Below are positions 1 through 9,700 of a stretch of DNA of 64,000 nucleotides, in pieces. Numbering within the stretch: the first letter of the stretch is position 1; every line of letters starts with the position of its first letter. The translations under genes were made by a program, and so were the position numbers. The notes under the pieces were generated by a model. That model searched no databases, was not told the DNA's origin, and worked only from the letters and a program-made list of their open reading frames with translations. Source of the stretch: a virus; the IMG/VR virus record IMGVR_UViG_3300020020_000002, positions 1 to 64,000 of that record; one strand, written 5' to 3'.

Positions 1-426
1 TTCGTTGGCGATCCGGTCCTGCTCGCGCTGGTAACCGGCGAGGAGTTTCTCGACCCGGGCGATCTCTTCGAGCGCCGCCTTGCTCTCTTTCTTTGCGATC
101 TCGTCGATCGCCTTGCCTGCGTTCCAAAAGGGCCGCTTGACCTCTTCCCGGCTCCGCTCGACGCCTTGCGTGAAGGCCTTGAGTATGCTGACGCTCTCGA
201 TGGCCATGGCTTGGTCGTCCGGCCCGTCGATCGCGGTGATGAGGCTGGCCGTTTCGAGGGCCTCCTGCTTGCGATCGATCGCTCCCGGTTTGAAGGTGAC
301 GACCATGTCGCCGACCTTGGCGACCTCGATCGAAAGATCGTCGTATTCGTCGACGTTCTCGAAGTCGAGCGAGACGCTGATGTCGCCTTCGGGCTTGAGG
401 TCGATGGATGTGTGAGTTTTTGGCAT
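1..426 (-). CDS. hypothetical phage protein, 5' portion (3' end beyond window edge)
   Basis: Hand translation of minus strand from ATG 424-426 (MPKTHTSIDLKPEGDISVSLDFENVDEYDD...) stays open to nt 1; G/C-rich third positions; absent from track only because no stop lies in the window. Confidence 0.6.
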   Translation of the reverse strand, partial: MPKTHTSIDLKPEGDISVSLDFENVDEYDDLSIEVAKVGDMVVTFKPGAIDRKQEALETASLITAIDGPDDQAMAIESVSILKAFTQGVERSREEVKRPFWNAGKAIDEIAKKESKAALEEIARVEKLLAGYQREQDRIANE

Positions 427-428
427 GG

Positions 429-731
429 CTAGTTTTTGGCGGGCGCGATGATGACGTGATTGGCGTAGCAGTCGAACAGCTCGCCGCAATTCTCGCGCTG
501 GAGAGTGAGCTTGAGGTCGCCGTCTTTGACGTAGACTGCGCGGACCCGGGCGTAGTCGCCCCAGTAGGCCCACGCACCGCGCGCCTCGTGTTTGTTGCGC
601 TCGCAAAATTCCTTTTGCATCGCGTTGAGTTTATCGGGGTCGGATCCGATGACGACGCGCACTCGCTCGTCGATGAGTGAGGTTGCTACGCCGCCCTTGC
701 CGGGCTTGGTGATTTTCGGTGTGGTGCTCAT
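429..731 (-). CDS. hypothetical protein (100 aa)
   Basis: Track ORF MSTTPKITKPGKGG...; balanced composition; stop lies 3 nt before the next start. Confidence 0.7.
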   Translation of the reverse strand: MSTTPKITKPGKGGVATSLIDERVRVVIGSDPDKLNAMQKEFCERNKHEARGAWAYWGDYARVRAVYVKDGDLKLTLQRENCGELFDCYANHVIIAPAKN

Positions 732-736
732 GGTCG

Positions 737-1012
737 TTATTCTTGAGTTGCGTTGTCGACGGCAGTCAGCACGTCGTCGAGTTCGTTGATGATGTTGTCG
801 AGGCCGTCGACTGCGGTCTGCAGCTCGCTCGCGCCTTCCTCGATCTTCTGGCCCTTCTCGCCCTGCTGGAGGCCTTCGGGAATGTTGTCGAACTTCTCCT
901 GCTCGGCCTCCTGCTCGGTTTCGATCAGGCCCTTGAGCTGGTCGAGTTCGGTCTTCACGTCGTCGAGACGCTTGTGGATCTTGGCGAGGTCTTCGCGCTG
1001 CTGTTTGTTCAT
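737..1012 (-). CDS. acidic coiled-coil protein (91 aa)
   Basis: Track ORF 737..1234 trimmed to internal ATG 1010-1012 (MNKQQREDLAKIHKRLDDVKTELDQLK...); discarded extension is R/P/H-rich; promoter-like module directly upstream. Confidence 0.65.
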   Translation of the reverse strand: MNKQQREDLAKIHKRLDDVKTELDQLKGLIETEQEAEQEKFDNIPEGLQQGEKGQKIEEGASELQTAVDGLDNIINELDDVLTAVDNATQE

Positions 1013-1060
1013 GTGTCGAGGTTGGTAGGTTTGGTGCAACGGCTTGCTGTTAGCAAGTGG
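1013..1060 (-). promoter_or_regulatory. promoter-like module P10 (looser; 15-nt leader)
   Basis: Minus strand: TTGCTA-17 nt containing GCAAGCCGTTGC-CAAACC-15 nt-ATG(1012). Confidence 0.35.
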
Positions 1061-1062
1061 TT

Positions 1063-1284
1063 TTATGCGGGGATGCTGAAAATGTCTCCGAGGAGCGTGT
1101 GCGAGTCGAAGGCCTCGCGGATCCCGTCGCGCTGCATGTCGTCGAACATCGAGGCGCTGATGACGTAGAAGTGACCGGGCCGGGTGCGGGCCACGATGAT
1201 CGGCTCGCCGTGGCGGGCCTTGGTCCACTTGCATTCGAGGCCTGCGGCGCGGAAGGTGCCGACGGTATAGGTGAGTTTTGACAT
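1063..1284 (-). CDS. hypothetical protein (73 aa)
   Basis: Track ORF 1063..1485 trimmed to ATG 1282-1284 (MSKLTYTVGTFRAAGLECKW...); upstream part is R-rich shadow sequence. Confidence 0.65.
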   Translation of the reverse strand: MSKLTYTVGTFRAAGLECKWTKARHGEPIIVARTRPGHFYVISASMFDDMQRDGIREAFDSHTLLGDIFSIPA

Positions 1285-1301
1285 GGTGAGTTGTGGTTGA
1301 A

Positions 1302-1634
1302 TTAGAGCGGCCCGCGCACGGCGCTGTAAGCCGAAACGGGCAGGTTGAATTGCCGGTCGATTTTGTCCTGCTCGGCGACGAGGTTCGCGCCGTAAGCGAT
1401 GCACGTGTCGATCGCTGCGGCCAGCGCCTTGACCGAGGGCAGGCGGATGAAGCCGGTCACGCCGTAGTTGTGGCCACCGTAGCAAACGTGCAGCCCGAAG
1501 CCGTTCTTGTAGGGGTTTGCTGATGCGATCACCACGAAGAGCGGCGCGACGTGCAGAGTGACTGACTTGTAGTTCTCGCGGGAGGAGCAGGCGAGGGCGA
1601 GGGTGATCTCAGCGGGCGTTGGTGTGTTGGTCAT
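1302..1634 (-). CDS. hypothetical protein (110 aa)
   Basis: Track ORF 1302..1748 trimmed to ATG 1632-1634 (MTNTPTPAEITLALACSS...). Confidence 0.65.
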   Translation of the reverse strand: MTNTPTPAEITLALACSSRENYKSVTLHVAPLFVVIASANPYKNGFGLHVCYGGHNYGVTGFIRLPSVKALAAAIDTCIAYGANLVAEQDKIDRQFNLPVSAYSAVRGPL

Positions 1635-1654
1635 GGTCGTTGGTGGTAAAGGTT

Positions 1655-1679
1655 GCCCGCGGGGATCGAACCCGCGGGC
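1655..1679 (-). terminator. GC-rich hairpin with tRNA T-loop-like loop (intercistronic)
   Basis: Minus strand GCCCGCGGG-TTCGATC-CCCGCGGGC, 9-bp stem; no U-tract; 20 nt upstream of ATG 1634. Confidence 0.45.
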
Positions 1680-1692
1680 GGTGTTGGTGAAA

Positions 1693-2298
1693 TTAGCGCC
1701 AAGGACTGACTGCGTAGCCGTGACGCTCGGCCTGCTCTTCCATCGCATAACCGTGCAGGCGCTCTTCGAGGCTGTCGCTGTTGTCGACGTAGGGTTCCCA
1801 GTAGGCCAGATCGATCACGATGTTGTTCTTGATCTTGTCGGCGAACCGCTGGGCGATCTCGCGGGTGTTGCGGATCTTGCGAGCGTTGGCGTAAAACGCC
1901 TTGTGGATCAGCTTCGTGCCGTCGGACAACGTGGCACCCACGAGGCAGTCGAACGTGATCTGCTCCTCGCCGTTCTCGTCGATGAACGAATAGAGCTGGC
2001 CTTCGAGCGGGTAAGCGTCGACCGCTCCGCGCAGGCCTGCGTCCTTGGCTGCCTTGCTGGCCGGGGTGTGCACTGCCACCTCCCAGTTGAACTTCGCCCG
2101 GCGTGCGGCGCTCTGCAGGCCGTCGTGGTCGTTGCCCCTGAGGGGCAGTGCGCAGTAGGCGATCCATGGCCCGTAGGCGGCGAGGCCATCCGGCCCTTTG
2201 CGAAACGCTTCGACGAAGTTGGCGATCGCGTCAGGGTTGATGATGTCGGCCGTGACGACCTTGATCGCTTCGATTCCGGTGATGTTGGTGTTGCTCAT
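1693..2298 (-). CDS. hypothetical protein (201 aa), MSN-type gene behind promoter cassette
   Basis: Track ORF 1693..2346 trimmed to ATG 2296-2298 (MSNTNITGIEAIKVV...); preceded by conserved -35/17 nt/-10/6 nt/ATG cassette. Confidence 0.7.
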   Translation of the reverse strand: MSNTNITGIEAIKVVTADIINPDAIANFVEAFRKGPDGLAAYGPWIAYCALPLRGNDHDGLQSAARRAKFNWEVAVHTPASKAAKDAGLRGAVDAYPLEGQLYSFIDENGEEQITFDCLVGATLSDGTKLIHKAFYANARKIRNTREIAQRFADKIKNNIVIDLAYWEPYVDNSDSLEERLHGYAMEEQAERHGYAVSPWR

Positions 2299-2355
2299 GT
2301 TGGGAGAATGACCCAAGCCGTTGCGGTCGTCAACACCAAATCGCACTTTTTGCGA
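2299..2355 (-). promoter_or_regulatory. promoter cassette P1 (leaderless-type)
   Basis: Minus strand: TCGCAAAAAGTGCGA-7-TTGACG-17 nt (GCAACGGCTTGG)-CATTCT-6-ATGAGCAAC. Confidence 0.6.
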
Positions 2356-2361
2356 AAAGAC

Positions 2362-2386
2362 TCAACTGCGTTTAAAACGCAGTTGA
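2362..2386 (+). promoter_or_regulatory. 25-nt perfect palindrome, copy 1 (TCAACTGCGTTTAAAACGCAGTTGA + T6)
   Basis: Read directly; intergenic between the HNH-like gene stop (2400) and promoter cassette P1. Confidence 0.9.
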
Positions 2387-2399
2387 TTTTTTAAGCGGC

Positions 2400-2762
2400 T
2401 TACGACACTACGCCCCAGTCATTTGCGCTGGCCAGAAGACCGAGTTTGCGCGCCAGCTCGGGATTGTCGTGCGGCCACTCCCGGCACGCCCGGCAGGTCG
2501 GTGCGAAGTAGCGCGTGTCCCACAAAAGCGATCCGTTTCGGCCGCGCATGTGGTGGATCTCGCTCGATCGCATGGAGACACCGAACACAATCGTGCAGAC
2601 CCGGCAGTGCCGGTGGATGCGCAGGTATTCGCGCCGGACTTTCACGTAGATCGCGTCGCGCGTTTTCTGCTTCGCGCTTTTCTTCGCGAGTGGCGTGCGC
2701 TTCAGCTCGGAGGTGCCGCGCTTCATCGGCGTCTTGCGCCGCAGTGATGTGCGCCGGTTCAT
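2400..2762 (-). CDS. small Cys/His-rich nuclease-like protein (HNH/Zn-finger type, tentative)
   Basis: Track ORF trimmed to ATG 2760-2762 (MNRRTSLRRKTPMKRGTSELKRTPLAKK...); basic N-terminus then CRVC...HHMRGR...CRAC cluster as in small phage HNH proteins; ATGA overlap with upstream stop. Confidence 0.4.
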   Translation of the reverse strand: MNRRTSLRRKTPMKRGTSELKRTPLAKKSAKQKTRDAIYVKVRREYLRIHRHCRVCTIVFGVSMRSSEIHHMRGRNGSLLWDTRYFAPTCRACREWPHDNPELARKLGLLASANDWGVVS

Positions 2763-3883
2763 AGCTGATCGCAATACCAGCCGCCGCGCTGCAGGTCGCT
2801 GATCTGCGCGAAGGCCATGGTGTATTGACCCGAGAGATTCCACATCGAGAAGCGATGCGCGGCGACATTGCGGATCACGTCGCGATCCCAGTCGGGGCCT
2901 TTCGTGATAGCCTTCTCGACCGCCGTGATCCAGTCGTCCAGCGTGCGTGGCAGCCAGCCATTGAAGCCGTCCTGAATGTATTCAGGAAACGCTCCGAATG
3001 CAGACGCGATCACGGGTGTGCCGCAGAGCAGTGCCTCGACCGCTACACCACCGAACGGCTCGACGTAGCGCGTTGGACAAATCACGGCGTGCGCGTTGCC
3101 GAGATAATTCGCTCGACCCTCGCTCGGTGGACCGTGGAAGGGCGAAACCGGGTAGACGTTTTTCCTCACCCATGGCGAAGGATCGCCTTGCCCGCAGATC
3201 GTGAAATCGACATGCGGCATTCTCTTCGCGATCTCCTCGATGATCCGCAGGCCCTTGTCCTCGTTGAGTCGACCCATAAACGCGATCGTGGGTTTTTCGT
3301 TGCTGGGCATTTTGCCGATTCCGAGCGGCCAATCCTCGGGCTCGTAGTAGTTCGGGATCGTGAACCAGTAGTCGTAACCCATCACCACGCCGTTCGGAGT
3401 CTCCCGGCCGAGGTGCACGTTCATCCACGCATTGCTCTCGTAGATCCGGTGTCGGGTGAAGGCCTGCCGGTAGCCAATGCCTGTCTCGACCCAAAAGGCC
3501 ATCTTGCAGCGCGGCCCGGTGAGTGCCTCCATGTGCGCCGTGCCGAACGGCAGGCAGATGATGTCACCCGGCTCGACCCGCGCCTCCAGCTCCTGCCCGA
3601 GGTGCCCATTGAACTCTTGATAGAGCTTCGATCCGATCTGCGCGGAGTTGCCATATTGCTCATCGCCCGGCTCGCAGCCGCCGAGCTTTTTGTATTCCTC
3701 CGCGTCGAGGATCTCGACCTGCTCTTTCGCGCCACTCTCGCTGCCTGCATTGCCGTAGTGGATCACGTGGTGGCCCTCATACTGCATCATCGGCGAGAAC
3801 CGGAGCACCTTGCCGGTGAAGGCGCAGCAGGAAAACGATGGGTGGGTGTAAGTGTGCGGGATTCCGAGCAGATGTAGCTTCAT
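2759..3883 (-). CDS. glycosyltransferase, GT-B fold (GT4-like)
   Basis: Track ORF 2759..4567 trimmed to ATG 3881-3883 (MKLHLLGIPHTYTH...); C-terminal EPFGGVAVEALLCGTPVIASAFGAFPEYIQDGFNG matches the GT4 E-x7-E nucleotide-sugar region; promoter cassette upstream. Confidence 0.75.
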   Translation of the reverse strand: MKLHLLGIPHTYTHPSFSCCAFTGKVLRFSPMMQYEGHHVIHYGNAGSESGAKEQVEILDAEEYKKLGGCEPGDEQYGNSAQIGSKLYQEFNGHLGQELEARVEPGDIICLPFGTAHMEALTGPRCKMAFWVETGIGYRQAFTRHRIYESNAWMNVHLGRETPNGVVMGYDYWFTIPNYYEPEDWPLGIGKMPSNEKPTIAFMGRLNEDKGLRIIEEIAKRMPHVDFTICGQGDPSPWVRKNVYPVSPFHGPPSEGRANYLGNAHAVICPTRYVEPFGGVAVEALLCGTPVIASAFGAFPEYIQDGFNGWLPRTLDDWITAVEKAITKGPDWDRDVIRNVAAHRFSMWNLSGQYTMAFAQISDLQRGGWYCDQL

Positions 3884-3942
3884 CGCCTGTCGTCTACCGC
3901 AACGGCTTGCCAGTGTCAAACCGCGCGACCGAGCGCGGTCTG
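3884..3942 (-). promoter_or_regulatory. promoter cassette P9 (leaderless-type) overlapping the fibre gene 3' end
   Basis: Minus strand: ACCGCGC-N6-GCGCGGT inverted repeat, TTGACA (3914-3919, overlaps fibre stop)-17 nt (GCAAGCCGTTGC)-TAGACG-7-ATG(3883). Confidence 0.5.
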
Positions 3943-6798
3943 GAGGTTCTGTGTGGCTGTGTAGAACGCGGCCGCCTCGGCATCGGTCAGGCCCAGCCCG
4001 ATCGACGCCATGCCTAAATATCCGCCATAGGGATAGAGCGGCGAGCCCGCGTTGTTGCGTGCGCCGATGAAGATCGGCCCACCCAGCGGCGTGGGTGGCG
4101 AAACCGTCGTGACCTTGGTCGCCACCGCGACGCCTCGGTTGAAACCTGCGGCGCTGCTGAGCGATCGGCGCGTGACGATGTTGTGCGAGAGTGCATTGGT
4201 CCACGAGCCCGCCATGCGACCGTCGGAAATGAGGTTGCAGTCGAAAGTCACCGAGGTGGCCGTGGCGATGAAGATGCCCTCCATGCTGATGATCGACTGG
4301 TTGCCGTCGTAGAGCCCGATAATGTCGCACGCCGATCCGAAGGCGCTGCGCGCGTAGACTGAAACGTGGAAGTCGGCGAGGTTCATAAACGCCGAGGAGT
4401 TGACCACCGGGTTGCCGTAGCCAGTCGTGCCGTTGAGTAGCACGCCGTTCAAGTCGTGCGTGACGCCGCCGACCCACGTCATCGGGTAACTCGACGACTT
4501 GAGGTTTTGCGCGTGTGTTGCTCCCGTGCCGCCAACAAACGGCCAAAGTGCCTGCATCTTGGTCCACACGCCAGCCGCCTTGAGTTCCGAAATGTAGACG
4601 TTGATTGCCGCCTTCGTTGTGGGTCCAGTGATGCCAGCGCGGGTGAAGAAATCAGCCGCCTCGGCGTGCATCGGAGAGATCGGCACAATGACCTGCACGA
4701 AACCCTGCGTGCCGTTGCCGCCTGCGCCGCTCGGCGTGCCGTTCACACCGCACCCACCGCCACCGCCGCCCGCACCGTAGCCGATACCGTTCGCGCCCGC
4801 GCCGCCCGCGATGCCGCTGCCGCCGCACCTGCCGCCACCGCCGCCAAGGCCGAAGCAATAAACCAAGTCGTTAGAGTTGGCCTGCCCTCCCGGCGTGCCT
4901 TGCGTGGTCAAGCCGCCGATGCCTCCCGGTAAAAGGGTCGAATTGCCGCTGCCCAAGGTGCCCGCGTTGCCGCCGTCGCCGCCGACATTTCCCGTGGTGA
5001 GCCCGCTGCCGCCACCGCCGCCCGTGGTTGCCATAAAAATCGGGATGTCGGCACCCCAACCCGGGGAACCTTGCCCGCCCGCGCCGCCGCCGGACGTGGA
5101 AAGTGCCGCGCCGTAGATGACGATGCCGCTCGTGAGACTCGCGCCGCCTGCCGGGTTGCCACCGCTGCCGCCGCCAGTGCCGAACCCGCCACCCTTGGCT
5201 TGCATGGTCGCGAAAACGCTCGTGCCACCCGCGACGCCGTTGATTCCGTCCGTGCCGGATGCCGCCTGCGCTGCGCCGCCCGCGCCTGCTGGACCGACGG
5301 TAACCGTCACCGTGGATGGCAAAAGCGAAACTTTCATGCGGGTTATCACGACGCCTGCGCCCGCGCCACCTGCGCCGCCTGTTCGCGCCGTGCCCGATCC
5401 ACCCACGCGCCCGCTGCCGCCGCCACCACCGCCGCCGACGAGCGTGACGTCAGCGTATGCGCTAGGGTTAGCGTTCGCCGGTTTCACCCACGTTCCACTT
5501 GTCGTGAAAGTCTGAATGTTCAGGCCCTCGACCGTGTCGACCGATGCACTGCTACCGCTTGGTCCTGTCGCGCCCGTTGGGCCGGTTGCACCCACGCCGC
5601 CTGCCGCGCCGCTTGGTCCCGTTGGGCCGGTCAATCCGGTTGGACCGACGACGCCTTGGATGCCCTGTGGTCCCGTCGCACCCGTCGTGCCCTTGATCCC
5701 GGTGGGTCCGGTCGCGCCACTGGGACCGCTCACGCCTTGTATTCCTTGCGGGCCTTGCAGACCTGTCGGGCCGGTCGGTCCTACCGCGCCCGCTGTTCCT
5801 GTCACGCCCGTTGGCCCGGTTGGACCGGCGACGCCTTGAGGGCCTTGGATGCCGGTCGGTCCCGTTGGTCCTGCCGGGCCTGCGCCACCCGGTGCGCCTG
5901 CCGTGCCGCTCGGGCCAGCCGGGCCGGTTGCGCCAGATGGTCCGATCGCACCTTGAGGGCCTTGAATTCCTGTCGGACCAGTGGGTCCGGCGACCCCTTG
6001 GGGCCCGGTTGGACCCACTGCGCCCGCTGTGCCAGTTACGCCGGTTGGACCCGTCGGACCCGCCGCTCCAGCGGGCCCTTGGGGCCCTGTGGGCCCTACT
6101 GCACCGGCAGGGCCGGTTGCGCCTGTGGGACCGGGCACAGTCGAGTTTGCTCCGGTTGGTCCCTGCGGGCCGGTTGCACCGCTCGGGCCGATCGCACCTT
6201 GGATGCCCTGCGGGCCGGTTGGTCCAGTCGCGCCGGTCAAGCCGATCGGACCAGTCGGACCTACTGGGCCGGTGGCTCCGATCGGACCCGTCACGCCGGT
6301 CGGTCCCATCGGGCCTTGGATGTTGCCCGCGTCGATCCATGTCGCGGTATCGGCATCCCAAATCCAAAGGTGGTCGTTGTCCTCGGACACGTAGGCGTCG
6401 CCATCCTCCATTCCGGCCGTCGGCAGGTCGCCCGCCGTCGGCACGGTGCCTTTGACGTTGATCCCGGTGCCTGCCGCGCCGGTTGCGCCGGTTGGGCCTT
6501 GCGCTCCGCTGGGGCCTTGTGGGCCGGTTGGCCCCTCGGGACCAGTCGCGCCCGTCAACCCGGTTGCCCCGGCTGGCCCGGTTTCACCGATCGGACCAGT
6601 CGCACCTGCCGGGCCGGTTGGTCCAGTCGGTCCTGCGCCGCCTGCGCCACCGCCGCCGAACGGCTCGATGTTGCCCAGCCAGTCGATCGTGTAGAACTCG
6701 TAGTCGGCCTTGCTGAGAAAGACGCGCTTGCGGCCGGTGGCGGGCAGGCTGGGGGGCTTGTTGACCGATTCCCACGTGATTGAGGTTTGTGGATCCAT
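3916..6798 (-). CDS. tail fibre: collagen-like G-X-Y repeats + glycine-rich domain + C-terminal lectin/LamG-like domain
   Basis: Track ORF; two long Gly-X-Y blocks separated by [26 protein letters not shown] (motif common in collagen-like phage fibres), a poly-Gly-rich block, then a ~270-aa globular C-terminus; ATG 6796-6798 shares one nt with the stop of the giant ORF (TGATG); GTG 6799-6801 is an alternative start. Confidence 0.8.
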   Translation of the reverse strand: MDPQTSITWESVNKPPSLPATGRKRVFLSKADYEFYTIDWLGNIEPFGGGGAGGAGPTGPTGPAGATGPIGETGPAGATGLTGATGPEGPTGPQGPSGAQGPTGATGAAGTGINVKGTVPTAGDLPTAGMEDGDAYVSEDNDHLWIWDADTATWIDAGNIQGPMGPTGVTGPIGATGPVGPTGPIGLTGATGPTGPQGIQGAIGPSGATGPQGPTGANSTVPGPTGATGPAGAVGPTGPQGPAGAAGPTGPTGVTGTAGAVGPTGPQGVAGPTGPTGIQGPQGAIGPSGATGPAGPSGTAGAPGGAGPAGPTGPTGIQGPQGVAGPTGPTGVTGTAGAVGPTGPTGLQGPQGIQGVSGPSGATGPTGIKGTTGATGPQGIQGVVGPTGLTGPTGPSGAAGGVGATGPTGATGPSGSSASVDTVEGLNIQTFTTSGTWVKPANANPSAYADVTLVGGGGGGGSGRVGGSGTARTGGAGGAGAGVVITRMKVSLLPSTVTVTVGPAGAGGAAQAASGTDGINGVAGGTSVFATMQAKGGGFGTGGGSGGNPAGGASLTSGIVIYGAALSTSGGGAGGQGSPGWGADIPIFMATTGGGGGSGLTTGNVGGDGGNAGTLGSGNSTLLPGGIGGLTTQGTPGGQANSNDLVYCFGLGGGGGRCGGSGIAGGAGANGIGYGAGGGGGGCGVNGTPSGAGGNGTQGFVQVIVPISPMHAEAADFFTRAGITGPTTKAAINVYISELKAAGVWTKMQALWPFVGGTGATHAQNLKSSSYPMTWVGGVTHDLNGVLLNGTTGYGNPVVNSSAFMNLADFHVSVYARSAFGSACDIIGLYDGNQSIISMEGIFIATATSVTFDCNLISDGRMAGSWTNALSHNIVTRRSLSSAAGFNRGVAVATKVTTVSPPTPLGGPIFIGARNNAGSPLYPYGGYLGMASIGLGLTDAEAAAFYTATQNLQTALGRAV
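5556..6318 (-). repeat. collagen-like Gly-X-Y triplet repeat block 2 (coding)
   Basis: Continuous GPTG/GATG/GPQG triplets in the fibre translation; 9-nt periodic GGN-CCN-NNN DNA; boundaries approximate. Confidence 0.8.
6463..6657 (-). repeat. collagen-like Gly-X-Y triplet repeat block 1 (coding)
   Basis: [52 protein letters not shown] in the fibre N-terminal region; boundaries approximate. Confidence 0.8.
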
Positions 6799-9700
6799 CA
6801 CCGAGCAAGGGCACCCTTTTTAGGCTTACCCTTGCCCTCGGACAACTTCAAACCACGCAGCGCAGGCTCCTTACCTTTGGCGCTCGGCGCTAGTCTTCCT
6901 CGTCCCTGTCCTGACCCGGGATTAGGCCTGTCTCCATAACGTAGATTTCCTCCAACGTCATCACCTCGCCGCGCTCGGCCATCGCCTTTTGCGACGCCTT
7001 TAGGTTCTCCACCATGGCTGGCTCTAGCCCACGCTGGAGTAGCGATTCCTCTTCCGATAAGTTGTTGTCGAGCTTTGGCATCAGGAAGAGCTTGCCATGT
7101 TCCGCGCGCCTTTGCAACCGCTGCCTTGTCGCGCCGCATCTTTGGCGAGTAGAGCCCGCGGATCGCTTCCCACGTGATGCTCTGCATCTGCCGGGGCAGA
7201 AGTCCGCGCTCCTCGGCCGCTTTTTTGTAAGCGTCGAGGTAGAGATGGTAGGATCCAGAGATCCCGAGCCCCTCACTGCCGGGCATACCCTTGGATCCGA
7301 AATTGTGCGTGACCTCCAGCGCCGAGGATCCGAGCGGCAGGATGTGCGCGGCCGCGACCGCGTGGGTGTCCATCGTGGCGTCGCCAAACGGCGTGTTGGG
7401 CGCGATGATGTTGTTGTAGAAATTGCGGACCTTGTGCTCGTTCGAGAGGTTGTCCGAAATGCTCGTGAGATCCCCGTTTTTGAGCATGCGCACGCCCTTC
7501 TTGATTTCCTCCATCGAGCCCCAGCCGTTGCGCTGCGGGGTGCCGTCGTCTTTCGCTGCCAGATGCATTGGATCGCCGTCGGGTGACACGACCCGGTAAT
7601 CCCGGCCGTGCAGGCTCTGCGCCAGCGCGCGGATCGCCCACGCCTGCAGGTGCGGATCTGCATCCAGCTCGGCGACACTCTTGCCGAGCATTTGCTCCAA
7701 CAGGGCGCGCCGTTTGTCGCGCGCCTTCTCGTGCAGTTGCTCGTTGTGGCTGCGTCGGCGCAGCGCCCCCACTTTTGTTTCGCCCGGCTTCGCCTTGCGT
7801 AGCTCTCCCGGCTTCGCCACGGCACCGCTAATCATGTCCTCCAGCTCCGCGCCGACTAATTCCGGCGTGATCTTGGTGTCTTGGTGGTTCTTCCACACGT
7901 TCATCAATTGCTCGGCTTGCGCCACGTTCATGAACCAGTCTTTCTGCGGACTGAGCGCCGCCAGCACGCCCGCGGCCTGCTCGGGTGTGTAGCCAAAGCG
8001 GCCGCCAAAGTCCTTCGCGATCTTATTCGCACCATCATACCACCGCGTGGCCGCAGCGCGCACCTCGGCCGGGAATGCGTCGTGCAGCGCGAGCAGGTTT
8101 TTCACCATCCAGTCGATGGTCTTTTGCCGCTTTACCTGCGGATCTTTTTCGCCGCGGATCTCCTGCGAGAGGTGTGGGTAGTTGAAGGCCTCCATCTGCC
8201 GAGCGAGCAGCTCGGGTGGCACGATGCCACCGTGGATGTTCGAGTCCTGCGGGGTTGGCGCTGGCTTGGCCGAGGTGCCTAGCTTGGCGGTGCCGACGCG
8301 CAGCGGATCGTCGACCGGGCTGGGCTCGCTGATCTTGGCCTCGCCGCCACCCGGCATGAGCTGTGCCTCGGGGGCTGTCGCTCTGATTGCATCCCGCGCC
8401 GCGACCGCGTCGTCGTAGCTCTCGTGCAGCGGCACCTGCTCGCGCTCTGCGTTGTAGTCGTAGTTGGGATCAACCGGTCGATTCGGATCGCGCGTCATGA
8501 ACACGATGTCCGGCTCGCCTGCTTTGTCATACGGCCAGCCCTCGGGCGCGTATTCGCGGTTGAACTTAATTCGGCCCGTGGGGCGGAACCCGATGTTCTG
8601 ATACAGGTTGGGGAGAAATCCGTTGATGTCGTAGGCGTCGAGCGTCTCGGCTCCCTGCTCTACCGCCTCTTTCAGGTGGTCGAGAATCTTTGCTTTTGAT
8701 CCCGGCTTTTTGAAGACCGAGACGAGATCCCCATCCGGTGTCACCGCGACGCCTGCGGTGTCGTCGTCTGCAAGGATGAGCTTGTAGCCCTCCTTTTGGT
8801 ATTCGCTTACGTCTTTGATTTCGACGGCGGCACCGAGCGGGTGACCTGCGACAGCTTCTGTGATCGCGCGGTGGAAGCGGTCACCTGTTTCAGCTCCTCC
8901 TGCGTGAGTTCGATACCCAGTGCCAGCGCGTTGTCCGACATCTTGGCCTTGATCTCCTCGGGGCTGTGTTTCTTGGCTGGTTTTTGTGGCTTGCTCATTT
9001 GGTCGAATTGTTTCGGCGGGCACTGTAGCACCTGTGTCAACGGCTTGCGCTAGCGCGCCCTTCTTGGCGGGAAGCGCCATCAGTTGATCGGGCGCGTAGG
9101 AGTCCAGTTCTTGCAGGCTGGTGATTTTGTGTGACGTTTCGTCCTGCTCGTGGAACGCGTAGATCTCCTCGCCCTCGCTCCAGCGACGGTGCGCGTCTTC
9201 CCGGTTCGAGATCGGCTCGCCCTCGCCGCCCCCGGGCATGAAATTGACCTCCTGCTGGCGCGTCATTCGCTCGATCGCTGCGCGCCGCATCTCCGCATCT
9301 CCGCGGGTATAGCTGACGGTCTTGATGCCCTGCTTTTCGAGCATCGATCGCAGCGCGGGATCAATCGAATCGGGCACGACCGCGGCCGCGAATTTTTTAC
9401 CCTCCAGCGGCACGATGTCGGACACCTTGCCCTCGAAATACTCGGTGGGCAGTTTTCGGATCTTGTCGAGAAACTCCTGCGTCATGGCAGCCATGTTCTC
9501 GTAGTTATCGCCGTAGACATTGCGCAGGTGCTTCTCATCACCCTCGATGAAATCGATCACGTCCCGCTCGGTCGTCTCGGGATCCATCTCCTGATCCTCG
9601 CGAATCGATTCGAGGTCTTCGCGCAGGCGTGCGAATTCGCGCGCCGCTTTCTTGGTGACGTTGGTCATCTCCTCCCTTGGGATCACTCTCTCACGGTCTG

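Noticed and set aside
1655-1679. tRNA genes at the T-loop-like hairpins (also 58294..58318)
   Set aside because: Only a T-arm-like stem-loop is present. There is no D-arm, no anticodon arm and no acceptor pairing upstream. The stems are 9 bp rather than 5 bp.
5556-6657. Tandem short repeats that might be read as a CRISPR array or VNTR
   Set aside because: They are the 9-nt periodic Gly-X-Y codons of the collagen-like fibre and are fully in frame. There is no repeat-spacer organisation, and no CRISPR array exists anywhere in the window.
9030-9050. GCAAGCCGTTGACA inside the giant gene as another promoter cassette for the embedded ORF
   Set aside because: The element order is wrong: the dyad precedes and overlaps the TTGACA instead of lying in a 17-nt spacer. 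No acceptable -10 sits at the right distance from ATG 8998. It was kept only as a remark within the frame-discontinuity finding.
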